Shown one piece after another: positions 58,865 through 64,000 of a stretch of DNA of 64,000 nt. The stretch is taken from contig CAWHTE010000007.1 in assembly GCA_963832165.1 (NCBI GenBank), positions 320,001-384,000 of the forward strand. Reading direction: 5' to 3'. Every line of letters begins with the position of its first letter. The stretch's first letter is position 1. The notes under the pieces are model-generated. The model had not been told where the DNA came from, did no database searches, and saw only the letters and a list, made by a program, of their open reading frames with translations. This DNA comes from an uncultured delta proteobacterium (GTDB taxonomy: Bacteria; Myxococcota_A; UBA9160; SMWR01). Both the position numbers and the translations under genes were made by a program.

Positions 58865-61373
58865 GCGGTGCCGCTGCCCGGCTCCGGGACGTCCCGCTCG
58901 GCCAGGCGCGCCATCGACACGATCTTCTCGTCGTCCGCGAGGTTCATGATCCGCACGCCCTGGGTCGCGCGGCCCATCGTGGAGATGCCCGCGACGCGCG
59001 CGCGCAGCACCTTGCCACCGTCCGTGATCAGCATGACCTCGTCGTCGTCGACCACCTGCGCCACCGACACGACCGGCCCGTTTCGCGCGGAGGTGCGGAT
59101 CGTGATGATGCCCATGCCACCGCGCCGCTGGACCCGGTAGTCCTCGAGCGGCGTGCGCTTGCCGTAGCCGCGCTCGGTCACCGTGAGCACGGTCGCGACG
59201 GGCGAGAGGATCTCCATTCCCACCACGCGGTCGCCCTCGCGCAGCATCATGCCGCGCACGCCACCCGCAGCGCGTCCCATCGCGCGCACCTGCTCTTCGG
59301 GGAAGCGGATCGACTTGCCGTCGCTCGTCGCGATGATCACCTCGTGGTGGCCGTTGGTGCGGCACGCGGCGATCAGCTCGTCGTCGTCGTCGAGTGTGAT
59401 CGCGATGATCCCGCCGCGGCGCGGGTTCGAGTACGCGTCGAGGCGCGTCTTCTTGATCACGCCCTTGCGCGTGCACAGAAGCACGTAGGCCTCTTCGTCG
59501 AACGCCCGCACGGGCAGGGTCGCGCGCACGCGCTCGCCGTCGGCGAGCTGGAGCACGTTCGCGAGCGATTTGCCGCGCGCCGCGCGCCCGAGCTGCGGCA
59601 GCTCGTGAACCTTGAGCCAGTGCGCGCGTCCGCGCGTGGTGAAGAACAGGATGTAGGCGTGGGTCGAGGCGATGAACAGGCGCTCGACGAAGTCCTCCTC
59701 GCGCGCCTCCATGCCCTTCACGCCCTTGCCGCCGCGGTGCTGCGCGCGGTACTCGGTGAGCGCGTTGCGCTTGATGTATCCGTGGTGGGACACGGTCACG
59801 ACCATGTCCTCCTCGACGATCAGGTCCTCGGTGGTCAGCCCCTCGACCGCCGCGGCCAGCTCGGTGCGCCGCTCGTCGCCGTACTGCTCGCGGATCTCGG
59901 CGAGCTCCTCGACCACCACCTCGCGGATCTTCTCGTCGCTCGCGAGCAGGGCCTTCAATTCCTCAATCTTTGCGCGCACCTCCGCGAGCTCGTCCAGCAC
60001 GCGCTGGCGCTCCATCGCGGTGAGCGAACGCAGTCGCATTTCGAGGATCGCGTTGGCCTGGCGCTCGGAGAGCTCGAAGCGGGTGATCAGCGCCGTGCGC
60101 GCAGCGCCCGTGTCGTCGGCTCCGCGGATGATCGAGATCACCTCGTCGAGGTGGTCGAGCGCGATCGCGAAGCCCTCGAGCAGGTGCGCGCGCGACTCGG
60201 CCTGCGCGAGGTCGTAGGTGGCGCGCCGCACCACCACCTCGCGCCGGAAGTCGATGAAGTGCTGGAGCGCCTCCTTGAGCGGCAGCGTCTGGGGCCGGCC
60301 GTTCACGAGCGCGAGCAGGTTCACGCCGAAGGTGGTCTGCAGCGGCGTCTGCTTGTAGAGCTGGTTCAGCACCACGTCGCCGGGCGCGTCCTTCTTGAGC
60401 TCGATCACGACGCGCATGCCTTCGCGATTGCTCTCGTCGCGCAGGTCGCCGACGCCGTCGATCTTGCCCTCGCGCGCGAGCTCGGCGATCCGCTCGAGCA
60501 TCGACGACTTGTTGACCATGAAAGGGATCTCGGTCACGACGATCCGCTCGCCGCGCTTGGTCGTCTCCATCTCGGCGCGCGCGCGCACGGTGAGCAGACC
60601 GCGGCCCGTCGCGTAGGCGGAGCGAATCCCCTCGTGGCCGCAGATGATCGCGCCGGTCGGGAAATCGGGTCCGGGCATCTTCTCGAGCAGGTCGTCGAGC
60701 GTGCAACCGGGGTTGCGCACGACGAGCGTGATCGCGTCGATCAGCTCGCGCAGATTGTGCGGCGGCACGTTGGTGGCCATGCCCACCGCGATCCCCGAGG
60801 AGCCGTTCGCGAGCAGGTTCGGGAAGCGCGACGGCAGCACCACCGGCTCCATCATGCCGCCGTCGAAGTTCGGCACGAAGTCGACCGTCTCGCGGTCGAT
60901 GTCGCGCAGCATCTCCTCGGCGAGCCGCGTGAGGCGCGCCTCGGTGTAGCGGTAGGCGGCCGCCGGATCGCCGTCGATCGAGCCGTAGTTGCCCTGGCCG
61001 TCGACGAGCGGGTAGCGGAGCGAGAAGTCCTGGGCCATCCGCACCATCGAGTCGTAGACGGCGCTGTCTCCGTGCGGGTGGTAGTGCTTGAGCACCTCGC
61101 CGACCACGCCGGCCGACTTCGAGTAGCCGCGCGTCGAGAGCAGCCCTTCCTGCTGCATCGCGTACAGGATCCGCCGATGCACGGGCTTCAGGCCGTCGCG
61201 CACGTCGGGCAGCGCGCGGGAGACGATCACCGACATCGAGTAGTCGAGGAACGAGCGCCGGACCTCGTCCTCGATGTTCACGGGCGGCGAAAACGGCTCC
61301 GACGGCGCCCCCCGCCCGGCGGCGGGGGCTCGGGCGGCTGGGGCGGGGGCGTGATCTCGATCCCGTCACTCAT
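58861..61373 (-). CDS. gyrA: DNA gyrase subunit A (probable 1-nt indel in the G-run near 61310; main ORF 58861..61281)
   Basis: [29 protein letters not shown], GyrA-box QHRGGKG, beta-pinwheel repeats. Confidence 0.96.
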
Positions 61374-61376
61374 GCT

Positions 61377-61416
61377 GGTCTTCGCTCGCCTTCGGCTCGC
61401 TGCGCGAGACTTGCGG
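61377..61416 (-). repeat. Dispersed element copy filling the gyrB-gyrA spacer
   Basis: TGA-CCGCAAGTCTCGCGCAGCGAGCCGAAGGCGAGCGAAGACC-AGC-ATG. Confidence 0.95.
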
Positions 61417-63857
<2,441 letters not shown>

Positions 63858-64000
63858 ATCGCGGAGTTCCCAGGGCTGCGGCGGCGGTGAGCCGCGCGGG
63901 GGAGCGGGGCGGCCCCGAAGTTCGTGGGCCGGCCGGAGAGTAACGGAAGCCTAACCCGGGGTAAAGGCTCTAACTATTCGAATTGACAGGGAGAATCAAG

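Overview
A very GC-rich bacterial chromosomal segment with about 69 protein-coding genes. The gene content (F0-only atp cluster, subunit c with a leader peptide, GspA/B pair, many lipid and CoA enzymes) suggests a Myxococcota/deltaproteobacterial lineage, which is an inference. Housekeeping genes include gyrB-gyrA-hemL, atpZ-I-B-E, tmk, surA, ppk1, mfd, a stand-alone rplC-rlmE unit, tgt, rnhA, pcm and mtgA, mixed with ABC/RND transporters, TetR/AraC regulators and oxidoreductases. I saw no rRNA, tRNA, CRISPR array, transposase or prophage. Several single-base frameshifts in essential genes point to uncorrected sequencing indels. Main novel signals: (1) a dispersed ~38-bp repeat (GCAAGTTTCGCGCAGCGAGCCGAAGGCGAGCGAAGACC) with at least 9 copies, all on the mRNA-sense strand. 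It is stop-free in all three sense frames, is translated inside or at the ends of Mfd, HemL, a VOC enzyme and a Zn-ribbon protein (possibly also a HlyD adaptor and a methyltransferase), and has a G·A-sheared, GNA-loop hairpin core with a compensatory base-pair swap. (2) A candidate sigma54-driven, three-stem-loop sRNA between tmk and atpE. (3) A 42-aa, ~48% Lys/Arg small protein upstream of tgt. (4) rplC relocated out of the S10 operon with its own promoter.
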